A stretch of DNA of 64,000 nucleotides from Candidatus Daviesbacteria bacterium (GTDB lineage Bacteria > Patescibacteriota > Microgenomatia > Daviesbacterales > UBA10151): NCBI GenBank assembly GCA_016187035.1, contig JACPKL010000005.1, forward strand, positions 7,150-71,149, given 5' to 3'. Below the pieces are notes generated by a model, which searched no databases, was not told the DNA's origin, and saw nothing but the letters and a program-made list of their open reading frames with translations. Position numbers and translations under genes: made by a program. Shown here one piece after another: positions 48,090 to 57,609 of the stretch; position 1 is the stretch's first letter; each line of letters opens with the position of its first letter.

Positions 48090-48093
48090 TTTT

Positions 48094-48774
48094 TTAATGA
48101 AGTTCATACTTACCCTCTTTATCATCTTTGGTAATTTTACCGTTTTTGATTATTATGACTCTTCTTTTTAATGTATTAACTATTTCTTGATTATGCGTTG
48201 CCATAATAATAGTAGTTCCCCAGGAATTAATCTCATTTAATAGTTGGATTACCCCCCAGGCGGTTTTGGGATCTAAATCTCCTGTTGGTTCATCTGCTAA
48301 CAACACATCTGGTTTTCCTACTACTGCTCTGGCTATGGCAGTTCTTTGAGCTTCTCCACCAGAAAGTTGCCTTGGAAAAAGATTTCTTTTATCCCAAATT
48401 TCGACAAGCTTACAAATATGCTCAACTAGTTTTTTGATATCTTGATCATTTTTGTCTAAAACTTCTAATGCTAAGGCTATATTTTCAAAAACAGTCCGAT
48501 CATCTAATAGCTTAAAATCTTGAAAAACTACCCCTACTTTCCTTCTTAGTATAGGTAAATCCTTATCTTTTATTTTAATGATATCAATATTACCCAACTT
48601 TACTTTTCCGAAGCTAGGTTGAATTTCTCTTGTCAGGATTCTAAGCAGAGTAGATTTTCCAGCACCAGATGGACCAACAATAAAAACAAACTCGCCTTGT
48701 TTTATCTCTAGGCAGATTTCATCAAGCGCTAGAGTTGAACCAAATTTCTTTGAGACATTTTCAAAAAGAATCAT
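48094..48774 (-). CDS. ftsE: Cell-division ABC ATPase FtsE
   Basis: GPSGAGKST, LSGGEAQR, LLADEPTG. Confidence 0.93.
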   Translation of the reverse strand: MILFENVSKKFGSTLALDEICLEIKQGEFVFIVGPSGAGKSTLLRILTREIQPSFGKVKLGNIDIIKIKDKDLPILRRKVGVVFQDFKLLDDRTVFENIALALEVLDKNDQDIKKLVEHICKLVEIWDKRNLFPRQLSGGEAQRTAIARAVVGKPDVLLADEPTGDLDPKTAWGVIQLLNEINSWGTTIIMATHNQEIVNTLKRRVIIIKNGKITKDDKEGKYELH

Positions 48775-48781
48775 TCATTAA

Positions 48782-49231
48782 TTACTTTATTTCTTCTACT
48801 TTACCAATATCCATTAACCAGCCTTCTTTGAGGGCTTTTTGTGTTTCACCATACACTTTTACCTTTTTACCTTCATATTGTGATAAATCTACAACTGAAG
48901 AGGTTAAAGCTACAGGTACAGCTCCGACTCTTTCTAACAGATGAGTACCTTCTACATATTCTCCAGGATCAGAAGGTTGAGGGCGGGGTTTGATTGTGCC
49001 TTCTGCAAAATCTCTGAAAGTGCGTTTATCAGATTGAGGGTTTTTAGCTGGTTGTCCTAATCCAGCACTGGCTAAACCACCTCTTTTATTTTTATTTGCT
49101 AAAATGAAGCCAGTTAAGCTACCTAAGATAATTGAGATAATAACTACAGTTAATAATAGCTTACGAGGATTATTTGTAGTAACAAAGCTTTTTGTTATTT
49201 TATCAGTACTAAGAGATTTAATTCCTTCCAT
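48782..49231 (-). CDS. Membrane-anchored hypothetical protein
   Basis: One TM helix (LLLTVVIISIILGSLTGFILA) and a 90-aa extracytoplasmic domain. No recognisable motif. Confidence 0.5.
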   Translation of the reverse strand: MEGIKSLSTDKITKSFVTTNNPRKLLLTVVIISIILGSLTGFILANKNKRGGLASAGLGQPAKNPQSDKRTFRDFAEGTIKPRPQPSDPGEYVEGTHLLERVGAVPVALTSSVVDLSQYEGKKVKVYGETQKALKEGWLMDIGKVEEIK

Positions 49232-49279
49232 ATTATTTTTATGAATACATCTATATTAACAACAAATTGAGTAATTTGT

Positions 49280-50392
49280 CTACCCTGAAGTTTTGGGTAT
49301 CATTTTAAGCTCTGCTTCTATAAATGCTTGCAAATCTCCATCTAAAACAGCATCTGTATTAGAGGTTTCTACCTCAGTTCTTAAGTCTTTAACCATATGG
49401 TAAGGGTGTAAAACATAAGACCTAATTTGTGTTCCCCAGGAAGCTTGAGTTGCTCCTCTTTTAAGTTCTTGTTTCAGTTTTTCACCTTGAGCTTGGTGAA
49501 GATCCCAAAGTTTTGCTAAGAGTAATTTCATGGCATTTTCTCTGTTTTGGAGTTGTGATCTTTCTGTTTGGCAAGTAACTACAATACCACTAGGAAGATG
49601 TTTTAATCTGACAGCTGTAGAGACTTTATTAACATTTTGTCCTCCTGCTCCTCCAGACCTAAATGCCTCAAATTCAATATCTGATTCATTAATCTCTACC
49701 TCAGAAGGGCTAATTATTGGTAAAACTTCTACTAAAGCAAAAGAAGTTTGTCTTAAATTATCTGCATTAAAAGGGGATTGTCTAACTAATCTATGTGTGC
49801 CCTTTTCACCTTTTAAATAGCCATAAGCAAAGCTTGCATGGATAATCATGGAAACTGTTTTAATACCAGCTTCCTCACCAGCATCTTCATCAGTTATCTC
49901 ATATTTCCAGCCAAGTCTTTGAAAATATCTTTGATACATTCTGACAAGCATTGCTGCCCAGTCCATGGCTTCAACTCCACCAGTGCCCGAGTGGACAGAT
50001 AAAATAGCTTCCGATTCATCATGAGGATTTGATAAAAATAATTTTAATTCTAATTTATCCTGAATACCTTCTAGATCCTTAATTTCCTTGTTAAGGTCCT
50101 CTTGCATAAATGGCTCTTCAGATATTTCCAAAGCATTATGAATTCTGGTATCCAAGTCTTCTATGATGGAAAGGGTTTTTTGTTTATCATTAAGCTTCTG
50201 ACTAATAATTGAAGACTGAGATGGATCATTCCAAAATCCTTCCTTCATTGTTTGAGCTTCAAGTTTTCTGATTTCCCCTCTTAATTCATCCTGATTAATA
50301 GATTGGGATGATTTCTCAAATCTATCTTTTAACTGTTTTAATCTATTCTGAATCTCTTCCATGAACAAATTATACCTGACTGAGGTAGTCAT
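49280..50392 (-). CDS. prfB: Peptide chain release factor 2 (uninterrupted ORF)
   Basis: SPF tripeptide (RQSPFNA) and GGQ ([12 protein letters not shown]). The likely true start is MEEIQNRL at Met11. Confidence 0.92.
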   Translation of the reverse strand: MTTSVRYNLFMEEIQNRLKQLKDRFEKSSQSINQDELRGEIRKLEAQTMKEGFWNDPSQSSIISQKLNDKQKTLSIIEDLDTRIHNALEISEEPFMQEDLNKEIKDLEGIQDKLELKLFLSNPHDESEAILSVHSGTGGVEAMDWAAMLVRMYQRYFQRLGWKYEITDEDAGEEAGIKTVSMIIHASFAYGYLKGEKGTHRLVRQSPFNADNLRQTSFALVEVLPIISPSEVEINESDIEFEAFRSGGAGGQNVNKVSTAVRLKHLPSGIVVTCQTERSQLQNRENAMKLLLAKLWDLHQAQGEKLKQELKRGATQASWGTQIRSYVLHPYHMVKDLRTEVETSNTDAVLDGDLQAFIEAELKMIPKTSG

Positions 50393-50422
50393 TGCGAGCT
50401 AAACTAAATTAGGTATAATAAA

Positions 50423-50731
50423 ATGAATATGATTTTGCATATTGATACTCAAGATCAAAAGGTTATCAGAGTGACTCTAAAAAGAAAGGGGGAGGTGATA
50501 AAAAGTTTGAGCGAGGAAAACAAATTTGGATCACAAATTTTATTGCCTTTGATTGAGAAAATATTAAAAGAGCTAAACTTGGTTTACAAAGATCTAAAAG
50601 GAATAGAAGTAGAGACTGGTCCTGGGTCTTTCACTGGGATAAGAGTTGGGGTATCTGTTGCTAACACATTAGCTTATTCACTTAATATTCCAGTTAATGG
50701 GGAAAAGTTAGAAACAGAGGTGCAATACTAA
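50423..50731 (+). CDS. tsaB: TsaB-like protein, N-terminal half only (102 aa)
   Basis: GPGSFTGIRVGVSVANTLAYSLNIPV is the TsaB/YeaZ signature. The protein ends about 120 aa short of typical TsaB. Confidence 0.65.
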   Translation: MNMILHIDTQDQKVIRVTLKRKGEVIKSLSEENKFGSQILLPLIEKILKELNLVYKDLKGIEVETGPGSFTGIRVGVSVANTLAYSLNIPVNGEKLETEVQY

Positions 50732-50761
50732 TTTTGAAATTTCTGATAAGATTATTATAAT

Positions 50762-51637
50762 ATGCCTCTTTATAACTGGTTCTTACCTCATAAGGAAACA
50801 CATAAAAAAGCTCGTCTAATTTCTTGGGAAGCTCTTTTGGTTTATGTACTTCTTTTTATCCTTCTTCAAGTAGGCTTTTCTATTATTAGTTACTCTAAAC
50901 CAGGGGTTTTAGGAATTACAGCCAATATTGACCAAAAAAAACTGATTGAGCTAACCAATATCGAAAGGCAAAAAAAAGGGTTATCCCCAGTTTCAGAAAA
51001 CGAAGCTTTAGATAAAGCAGCTAAATTAAAAGCAGAAAATATGTTTGCAGAAAATTATTGGGCTCATTTTTCTCCTTCAGGAAAAACACCATGGGATTTT
51101 ATCTTAGGTACTGGTTATCACTTTACTTTTGCAGGAGAGAATTTAGCTAAAAATTTTTATTCTTCTGATGAGATAGTGACTGCTTGGATGAATTCTCCAA
51201 CACATAGGGATAATTTACTTAACTCAAATTATAAAGATATCGGTATAGCTGTTATTGAAGGAAATTTAAATGGACAAAAAACTACTTTAATTGTTCAAGA
51301 GTTTGGCACTACAGAAGCGGTAGTAAGCAAACCATCTGTGAACATTCAAGGTAAAAATGTTAGTGTGCCTACTGAAGATATTATTAATAAACCACAGCTT
51401 AAGTTTGTGACTTCAGAGGTTAAACTGAATGCAAAAACAATTTTTGACCCTTATCTAGTTTCTAAAGTAGCTGGGTTTTCGGTAATTACATTTGTAATTG
51501 TTTTACTTGCTTTAGATATTTGGGTATTAAGAAAGAGGAGAGTATTTAGATTGTCTTCACATAACATTGCTCATATGACACTTTTATCTTTAGCAGCCGG
51601 TGGATTACTTTTAAGTAGTCCGGGAGTTATTTTGTGA
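50762..51637 (+). CDS. CAP/SCP (YkwD-like) domain protein with N- and C-terminal TM segments
   Basis: NIERQKKGLSPV...AENYWAHFSP...GENLAKNF...WMNSPTHRDNLL. Confidence 0.8.
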   Translation: MPLYNWFLPHKETHKKARLISWEALLVYVLLFILLQVGFSIISYSKPGVLGITANIDQKKLIELTNIERQKKGLSPVSENEALDKAAKLKAENMFAENYWAHFSPSGKTPWDFILGTGYHFTFAGENLAKNFYSSDEIVTAWMNSPTHRDNLLNSNYKDIGIAVIEGNLNGQKTTLIVQEFGTTEAVVSKPSVNIQGKNVSVPTEDIINKPQLKFVTSEVKLNAKTIFDPYLVSKVAGFSVITFVIVLLALDIWVLRKRRVFRLSSHNIAHMTLLSLAAGGLLLSSPGVIL

Positions 51638-51792
51638 ATATCTTAAAATTATTTGCATTTGGAGTGTTAATTTATTTAATTTGGGCATTGATACACCACA
51701 AAAGAGATAAAAGTTTGACTTTTAACATATTATTGGAGTATCTTTTAACTGTACTACTCTCAATGGTTATTTTGACTGGAGTATCGTTTTAG
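51634..51792 (+). CDS. Possible small two-TM membrane protein (52 aa, GTG start)
   Basis: Manual translation VNILKLFAFGVLIYLIWALIHHKRDKSLTFNILLEYLLTVLLSMVILTGVSF. It exactly fills the gap between the CAP gene stop and the rmlA-like start. Confidence 0.3.
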   Translation: MNILKLFAFGVLIYLIWALIHHKRDKSLTFNILLEYLLTVLLSMVILTGVSF

Positions 51793-52875
51793 ATGAAGGC
51801 AATAATTCCAACAGGAGGGCGTGGTACCAGAATGCGTCCTCTAACATTTTCTACCAATAAACATTTTATTCCAGTTGCCAACAAACCTTTGATTTTTTAT
51901 CCAATTGAAACCATTGCTGATACTGGTATTAAGGAGGTTGGAATTACTTATAACCCTGGTGGATTGGAAGAAGCCAAAGCTTATTTAGGAGATGGTAGCA
52001 AATGGGGTTTAAGTATTAGCTATATTTTACAAGAAAAGGCAGCAGGACTTGCAAATATTGTTCAGGTTTGTGAACAGTTTTTAAATGGAGATTCGTTTGT
52101 TTTCCACTTAGGGGATAACATGTTTGTTGATGGAATTAAAGATCAAGTCAAATACTTTGAAAAGAAGAAGCCTGATGGATTGGTAACTATGATTCATCAT
52201 AAAGAGAATAGAAGAATGGGAGTGCCTTTTTTTGATGATAACGGAAGGTTAATAAAATATGTAGAGAAACCAGAGAATCCTCCACATGATTTTGCTGTTC
52301 CTGGAGTGTATTTTGGTAATTCTAATTTTTTTAAGTGTTTTAAAGGAGAAAAAGCTATCAAGCCCTCAGAAAGAGGAGAATATGAAATTCCTGCTGCTTT
52401 TCAATGGCTAATTGATAATGGGTATAGAGTTAATGTTTTAGAATATAAAGGTAAATGGTTAGATCCAGGAAAATTTGATGATTGGATTTTGGCAAATCAT
52501 TATATTTTGGAAAATAAATTGATTGGGAATATTGAATGCCCATTAGATCAATCCTCAAAGATAGAAGGTAAGGTGGTTCTGGGAAAAGACTGTACGATTG
52601 TTAATACCAGAATTCATGGTCCAGTTATTATTGGAGATAATGTAGTAATCACAGATTCAGAGGTTGGTCCTTTTGTTTCTATTGCTCATGATTGTGAAAT
52701 AGTTGGGAGTATAGTTTCAAATAGTGTATTAATGAGTGGAGTAAGGGTAATAGATGTAAAAGAACACCCTGTGGACAATAGTTTGGTGGGGACTGATAGT
52801 GAAGTAATTGGTAAAAATGGCAGAGGAGCAACGACCTCCCTTTTTGTTGGAGAAAAATGTAAGATTCAGATATAA
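51793..52875 (+). CDS. rmlA: Sugar-1-phosphate nucleotidyltransferase, long RmlA-like form with C-terminal left-handed beta-helix
   Basis: KAIIPTGGRGTRMRPLTFSTNKHFIPV. C-terminal hexapeptide-repeat region. Heads the rmlBCD genes. Confidence 0.8.
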   Translation: MKAIIPTGGRGTRMRPLTFSTNKHFIPVANKPLIFYPIETIADTGIKEVGITYNPGGLEEAKAYLGDGSKWGLSISYILQEKAAGLANIVQVCEQFLNGDSFVFHLGDNMFVDGIKDQVKYFEKKKPDGLVTMIHHKENRRMGVPFFDDNGRLIKYVEKPENPPHDFAVPGVYFGNSNFFKCFKGEKAIKPSERGEYEIPAAFQWLIDNGYRVNVLEYKGKWLDPGKFDDWILANHYILENKLIGNIECPLDQSSKIEGKVVLGKDCTIVNTRIHGPVIIGDNVVITDSEVGPFVSIAHDCEIVGSIVSNSVLMSGVRVIDVKEHPVDNSLVGTDSEVIGKNGRGATTSLFVGEKCKIQI

Positions 52876-52885
52876 TCTGAATCTT
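52861..52885 (+). terminator. Weak hairpin spanning the rmlA-like stop codon
   Basis: AAGATTCAGA-TATAA-TCTGAATCTT (10-bp A/T-rich stem) followed by GCCTTTTGTCTTT. Confidence 0.25.
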
Positions 52886-52919
52886 GCCTTTTGTCTTTAG
52901 CAAAACGTGAGATTCAACT

Positions 52920-53924
52920 ATGAAGATTTTAGTGACTGGAGGAGCTGGATTTATAGGCTCAAACTTTATCCATTACTGGTTAGAAAATCATTCTCAGGAT
53001 CAAGTTGTTAATCTGGATGTTCTAACTTATGCCGGGCATTTGGAAAGCCTTAAGGATATAGAAGGAAACTCTAATTATAAATTCATTAAAGGAGATATTA
53101 CTGATGCCTCCACTGTCTCCTCTGCCATGCAGGGAATAGGTGTAGTTGTCCATTTTGCAGCCGAATCCCATGTTGACCGGTCGATTATTGATCCGATGCA
53201 GTTTATTAAGACAAACGTTTGCGGGACAGCGCGACTTCTGGAAGCTGCCTTAGATGCAAAAGTAAAGCATTTTCACCATGTGAGTACGGATGAATGTTTT
53301 GGTCAACTAGGTCCAAATGATCCACTCTTTAATGAGCAAACACCTTATGCACCACGAACACCTTATGCGGCCTCCAAGGCAGGATCAGACCATCTGGTAA
53401 GAGCGTATCATCAGACTTATGGTTTGCCAATAACTATTACCAATTGCTCAAACAATTTTGGTCCTTTTCAAGATCCAGAAAAATTAATACCACGGTTTAT
53501 TACCAATCTTCTTCAAGGTCAAAAAGCGCCATTAATGGGCCAGGGAGAAAATATCAGAGATTGGTTATATGTTAAAGATCACTGTCGGGCAATTGATATA
53601 GTTTTACAAAGAGGTAAGGTTGGTGAAACCTACTGCGTGGGAGGGGAAGAGAAAAGTAATTTAGAAGTTACCAAAAAAATTTTACAAATTTTAGGAATGG
53701 ATGAATCTTTTATTGAACTGGTTAAACATCGTTTAGGTCATGATTTTAGATATGCTATAGATTCTACTAAAATAGAACAGCTTGGATGGAAAGCGGAACA
53801 TAGTTTTGATGGGTGGTTGTCAGAAACTGTCAAGTGGTATCAAGGAAACCAGTGGTGGTGGAAAAGTTTAAAAGACAATAGACCAAACGTAGACAGAGTA
53901 GCCCAAAGAGGATATTATGAGTGA
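52920..53924 (+). CDS. rfbB: dTDP-glucose 4,6-dehydratase
   Basis: ILVTGGAGFIGSNF, STDECFG, YAASKAGSDHL. Confidence 0.93.
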   Translation: MKILVTGGAGFIGSNFIHYWLENHSQDQVVNLDVLTYAGHLESLKDIEGNSNYKFIKGDITDASTVSSAMQGIGVVVHFAAESHVDRSIIDPMQFIKTNVCGTARLLEAALDAKVKHFHHVSTDECFGQLGPNDPLFNEQTPYAPRTPYAASKAGSDHLVRAYHQTYGLPITITNCSNNFGPFQDPEKLIPRFITNLLQGQKAPLMGQGENIRDWLYVKDHCRAIDIVLQRGKVGETYCVGGEEKSNLEVTKKILQILGMDESFIELVKHRLGHDFRYAIDSTKIEQLGWKAEHSFDGWLSETVKWYQGNQWWWKSLKDNRPNVDRVAQRGYYE

Positions 53925-54465
53925 CTTTGTCCAAAAAACATCGATTGAAGGATTGCTAATTTTAAAAAGGCCAATTCATAAAGATGCGAGGGGCTTTTTT
54001 AGAGAAGTTTTCCATATTAATGAAATAGAGGAAACTTTAAATATTGAATTTAAGGGAGTGCAAATGAATCATGCTTTTTCAAAGCCAAAAGTTTTAAGAG
54101 GTATTCATGCGGAAAACTGGAATAAAATAATTTGTCCTGTTAATGGAGAAGTATTTATAGCAATAGTTGATATCAGACTTGATTCTTCTACTTTTACTAA
54201 AGTTGAAACTTTCACTATTAATGATCAAAATAGGATTGCTCTTTTTGTTTCCAAAGGTTTGGCCAATTCTTACTGTGTTACATCAGAAGGATCAGTAGAT
54301 TATATTTATTTAGTAGATGCTTATTATGATTGGACAGATACCAGGGCAATTGCATGGGATGATCCAGATTTAAAAATTAACTGGCCAGTGAAGAATCCAA
54401 TCATTTCAGAGAGGGATAGAAATAATCCTAAGTTAAGAGAACTTTTTCCAGGGAAATTCCCATGA
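53917..54465 (+). CDS. rfbC: dTDP-4-dehydrorhamnose 3,5-epimerase
   Basis: DARGFFREVF, VLRGIHAE. 182 aa cupin. Confidence 0.9.
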   Translation: MSDFVQKTSIEGLLILKRPIHKDARGFFREVFHINEIEETLNIEFKGVQMNHAFSKPKVLRGIHAENWNKIICPVNGEVFIAIVDIRLDSSTFTKVETFTINDQNRIALFVSKGLANSYCVTSEGSVDYIYLVDAYYDWTDTRAIAWDDPDLKINWPVKNPIISERDRNNPKLRELFPGKFP

Positions 54466-55343
54466 AGAACGTACTAATTTTTGGGGGTAGTGGTTTAGTT
54501 GGCTCTAAATTTAACAATTTATTAAAAAAAGAATTTGAGATTATTTCTCCTCCTGCTTCAGAGGTAGATATTTTGAATCAAGATCAACTAATGAAAATCT
54601 TAGAAGAGGAGAATCCTTCTTGGGTAATTAACTTTGCTGCTATTACAGATGTGGAAGGATCAGAAAAGGAGAATGGAGATAAAGACGGGTTGTGCTTTAG
54701 GGTAAACGCAATAGGTGCTCAAAATGTTGCTCAAGCTTGTAAGAACTTCAACAAAAGATTAATCCATATTTCCACAGAATATGTGTTTGATGGTACTAAG
54801 TCAGATAATCCTTATACAGAAGAAGATATTCCTAATCCTATAAACTGGTATGGGCAAACTAAACTCTTTGGTGAAGATTTTGTTTTAGAAAGTGGTTGTG
54901 AAGCAATTATCATGAGAATTTCTATGCCTTTTACATCTCATTATAAATTAAAAAAAGATATAGCCAGGTTCTTTTTAGAACAACTAAAGGCTGGAAATAA
55001 TATTAAGGCAGTTGAAGACCAGAGGATTACACCTACATTGGTAAACGATATAGTCAATGCTTTAAGAGTATTTTTAGAAAGTCAAAGTAGTGGTATTTAT
55101 CATGTTTCAAGTAGGGATTCTGTTACCCCTTTGGAATTTGCTAAAACTATTGCTAAAACTTTCCGTCTAAACTATTCATTAATTAATTCAATCTCTTTAG
55201 ACGAATTTAGTAAAAATAAAAAAGCAAAGCTTTTGAAATTTTCTTGGTTAAACCCAACAAAATTTGAGAAAGAATTTGGAGATGATATATTGCATTTAGT
55301 TGAAGAGAGTTTAGTAATTCTCAAGCAAGAGGTTCTATTGTAA
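54462..55343 (+). CDS. rfbD: dTDP-4-dehydrorhamnose reductase
   Basis: ISTEYVFDG, YGQTK. 293 aa. Confidence 0.88.
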   Translation: MKNVLIFGGSGLVGSKFNNLLKKEFEIISPPASEVDILNQDQLMKILEEENPSWVINFAAITDVEGSEKENGDKDGLCFRVNAIGAQNVAQACKNFNKRLIHISTEYVFDGTKSDNPYTEEDIPNPINWYGQTKLFGEDFVLESGCEAIIMRISMPFTSHYKLKKDIARFFLEQLKAGNNIKAVEDQRITPTLVNDIVNALRVFLESQSSGIYHVSSRDSVTPLEFAKTIAKTFRLNYSLINSISLDEFSKNKKAKLLKFSWLNPTKFEKEFGDDILHLVEESLVILKQEVLL

Positions 55344-55386
55344 AACGGGGTTGACCTTCAACTTCAAATTAGATATATTAATTCAA

Positions 55387-56400
55387 ATGGCAAATAAAAG
55401 AGCATTTATTACGGGTATTTCAGGACAAGATGGTTCTTATTTAACAGAATTTCTTTTAGACAAAGGATATGAAGTGGCAGGATTAGTCAGGAGAAATGCT
55501 GTATTGGATTTAGGTAATATTAATCAATTAAGAGAGGAAGTTAAAATTTATTATGGAGATTTGCAATCACCTGAATCAATTGCTTTAGCTCTCTACGATT
55601 TTAAACCAGATGAAATTTATAATTTAGCTGCTCTATCTTCTCCTTTAGCCTCGTTTTCTGATAAAGTTGCCACCATTATGGTGACAGGAGTAGGAGCTCT
55701 CCATGTTTTTGAAAGAGCTAAACAAATTGTGCCTGAAGCTAAAATCTATCAGGCTTCAACATCAGAAATGTTTGGTGCACCTAAACAGGTTCCCCAAAAT
55801 GAAGATACCTCTCTTGCTCCAGCAAACCCCTATGCAGCGGCCAAAGAATTTGCCCACAGGATGGCGCAAATCGCCAGACATGATAAAAAACAACCGCAAT
55901 TTATTACTTGCGGAATTCTTTTTAATCATGAAAGCCCCAGACGCGGTTTGAATTTTGTAACCAGAAAAATTACAGCTAGCGTTGCCTGTATTAAAAACAA
56001 CAGGAAAGAAGGAATACCTTTAAATGAAATCGGTGAACCAATTGTCCAAAATGGAAAAGTCAAATTAGGGGATCTGGATGCAAGAAGAGACTGGGGTTAT
56101 GCCCCGGATTATGTTAAGGCAATGTGGATGATGCTGCAGCAAGAGAAGGCAGATGATTTTGTGATTGCCACAGGCGAGGTCCATACTGTCCAGGAATTTG
56201 TTGAAGAAGCCTTTAGTGTGGTAGGTCTTGACTGGAAAGACCACATAGAAACAGATTCTCATTTCGTACCTCCGATACAAACTGGACCACTTTGCGGGGA
56301 TGCTGCCAAAGCTAAAAAAATATTAGGATGGGGAGCAGAGACAAAATTCAAAGATCTTGTTAGAATTATGGTTCATGCAGATCTTGCTAAATTCTCCTGA
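55387..56400 (+). CDS. gmd: GDP-mannose 4,6-dehydratase
   Basis: AFITGISGQDGSYL, STSEMFG, YAAAK, NHESPRRG. Start moved to the ATG (MANKRAF); the tracked ORF begins at an upstream TTG. Confidence 0.9.
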   Translation: MANKRAFITGISGQDGSYLTEFLLDKGYEVAGLVRRNAVLDLGNINQLREEVKIYYGDLQSPESIALALYDFKPDEIYNLAALSSPLASFSDKVATIMVTGVGALHVFERAKQIVPEAKIYQASTSEMFGAPKQVPQNEDTSLAPANPYAAAKEFAHRMAQIARHDKKQPQFITCGILFNHESPRRGLNFVTRKITASVACIKNNRKEGIPLNEIGEPIVQNGKVKLGDLDARRDWGYAPDYVKAMWMMLQQEKADDFVIATGEVHTVQEFVEEAFSVVGLDWKDHIETDSHFVPPIQTGPLCGDAAKAKKILGWGAETKFKDLVRIMVHADLAKFS

Positions 56401-56421
56401 TTTCTACTACAATCGATCAGT

Positions 56422-57609
56422 ATGAAAAAAATAGTTAGTGTAATTTTGCCTACCTTTAACGAAGAAGCTAATATTGAGAAGACTTTAAAAAGAGTTTTAG
56501 AACAAGAAAAGGATTTACCTGGTTGGCAAATTGATGTGGTAATTGTAGATGATATTCGGTCATCTGATAATACTGATAAAATAATACAAAAACTATCTAG
56601 AAAAGATAACAGAATATATCTAATAAAAGCTGAACCGGGCTTAGGGGTAAGTCTGATAGAAGGTCATAAGTTTGCTACTGCACATCTTCATCCTGATATA
56701 TTAGCTCAACTTGATGCTGACGGACAGGTTGAGCCCGATGTTTTAGTGAGACTGGTTAAAGGTATTGAAGAAGGTTTTGATTTTGTGATTGGATCTAGAT
56801 TAATCTCAGGCGGGCGGAACAAGCTAAGTTTATCAAGACGATTATTTACGTTAGGATCATCACTGTTTTGTAGATTGGTAATGGGACCAACAAACATTAA
56901 AGAATTCACAAATTCTGCTAGAGCATTTACCCCGAAAATTTTTAAAAAAATAAATTTAGATAGATTACCCTGGAGAGAAAAAACCTTTATCATCCAACCC
57001 GCTTTCTTGAATGAGATGATTTTAGCAGGTGCTAAATATAAAGAAGTACCACTGATATTTAAAAACAGATTAGAAGGGTATTCAAAAAATAAAGTCTTTA
57101 ACTATACATATGACGTGATTTCTTATTGTTTAGATGTTAGGCTTCATAAATGGGGAGTTAATATTTCTCTTTATAAACTTAGTAGAAGGGCTAAAACGTT
57201 AGTTAAATTCAGTTTAGTAGGGGCAGCAGGAACAACAGTAGACTTTTTATTTTATAAAATATTTATAAATTATTTTGGATTTCCTCCAGCTACTTCGAAA
57301 GGTTTTTCAGCAGAAATTGCAATTATAAATAACTTCTTTCTTAATAATTTTTGGACCTTTAGATATAGAAAGACTAAAACTAATCTTTGGCAAAAGTTAG
57401 GTATATTCAACCTAGTCTCTTTAGGAGGATTAATAATAGCTGTTTTAATAGTTAAACTGCTCCATAATATTTATGGAGATGGGTTTATTAATTTGTTTGG
57501 TAAGTTAATTGCTTATAATAACTTTTACTTTTTTGCAACAATTATACCTGTAATGATTTGGAATTTTACTATTAACCATTTTATTACCTGGCGTCATCAA
57601 GAGGATTAA
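56422..57609 (+). CDS. Dpm1/GtrB-like GT2 polyprenyl-phosphate sugar synthase fused to a GtrA-like domain
   Basis: VSVILPTFNEEANI, VVIVDD, DADGQ (GT2). From about aa 262 (nt 57205) FSLVGAAGTTVDFLFYKIF...AIINNFFLNNFWTF is the GtrA 4-TM pattern. Confidence 0.75.
   Translation: MKKIVSVILPTFNEEANIEKTLKRVLEQEKDLPGWQIDVVIVDDIRSSDNTDKIIQKLSRKDNRIYLIKAEPGLGVSLIEGHKFATAHLHPDILAQLDADGQVEPDVLVRLVKGIEEGFDFVIGSRLISGGRNKLSLSRRLFTLGSSLFCRLVMGPTNIKEFTNSARAFTPKIFKKINLDRLPWREKTFIIQPAFLNEMILAGAKYKEVPLIFKNRLEGYSKNKVFNYTYDVISYCLDVRLHKWGVNISLYKLSRRAKTLVKFSLVGAAGTTVDFLFYKIFINYFGFPPATSKGFSAEIAIINNFFLNNFWTFRYRKTKTNLWQKLGIFNLVSLGGLIIAVLIVKLLHNIYGDGFINLFGKLIAYNNFYFFATIIPVMIWNFTINHFITWRHQED

Noticed and set aside
49280-50392. 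Looked for the programmed +1 frameshift typical of prfB and for signs of UGA recoding.
   Set aside because: The RF2 ORF is continuous from the start, with no in-frame UGA near codon 25. TGA terminates conserved genes at their expected lengths (nrdR, lysS, the CAP-domain gene), so the standard code 11 applies.
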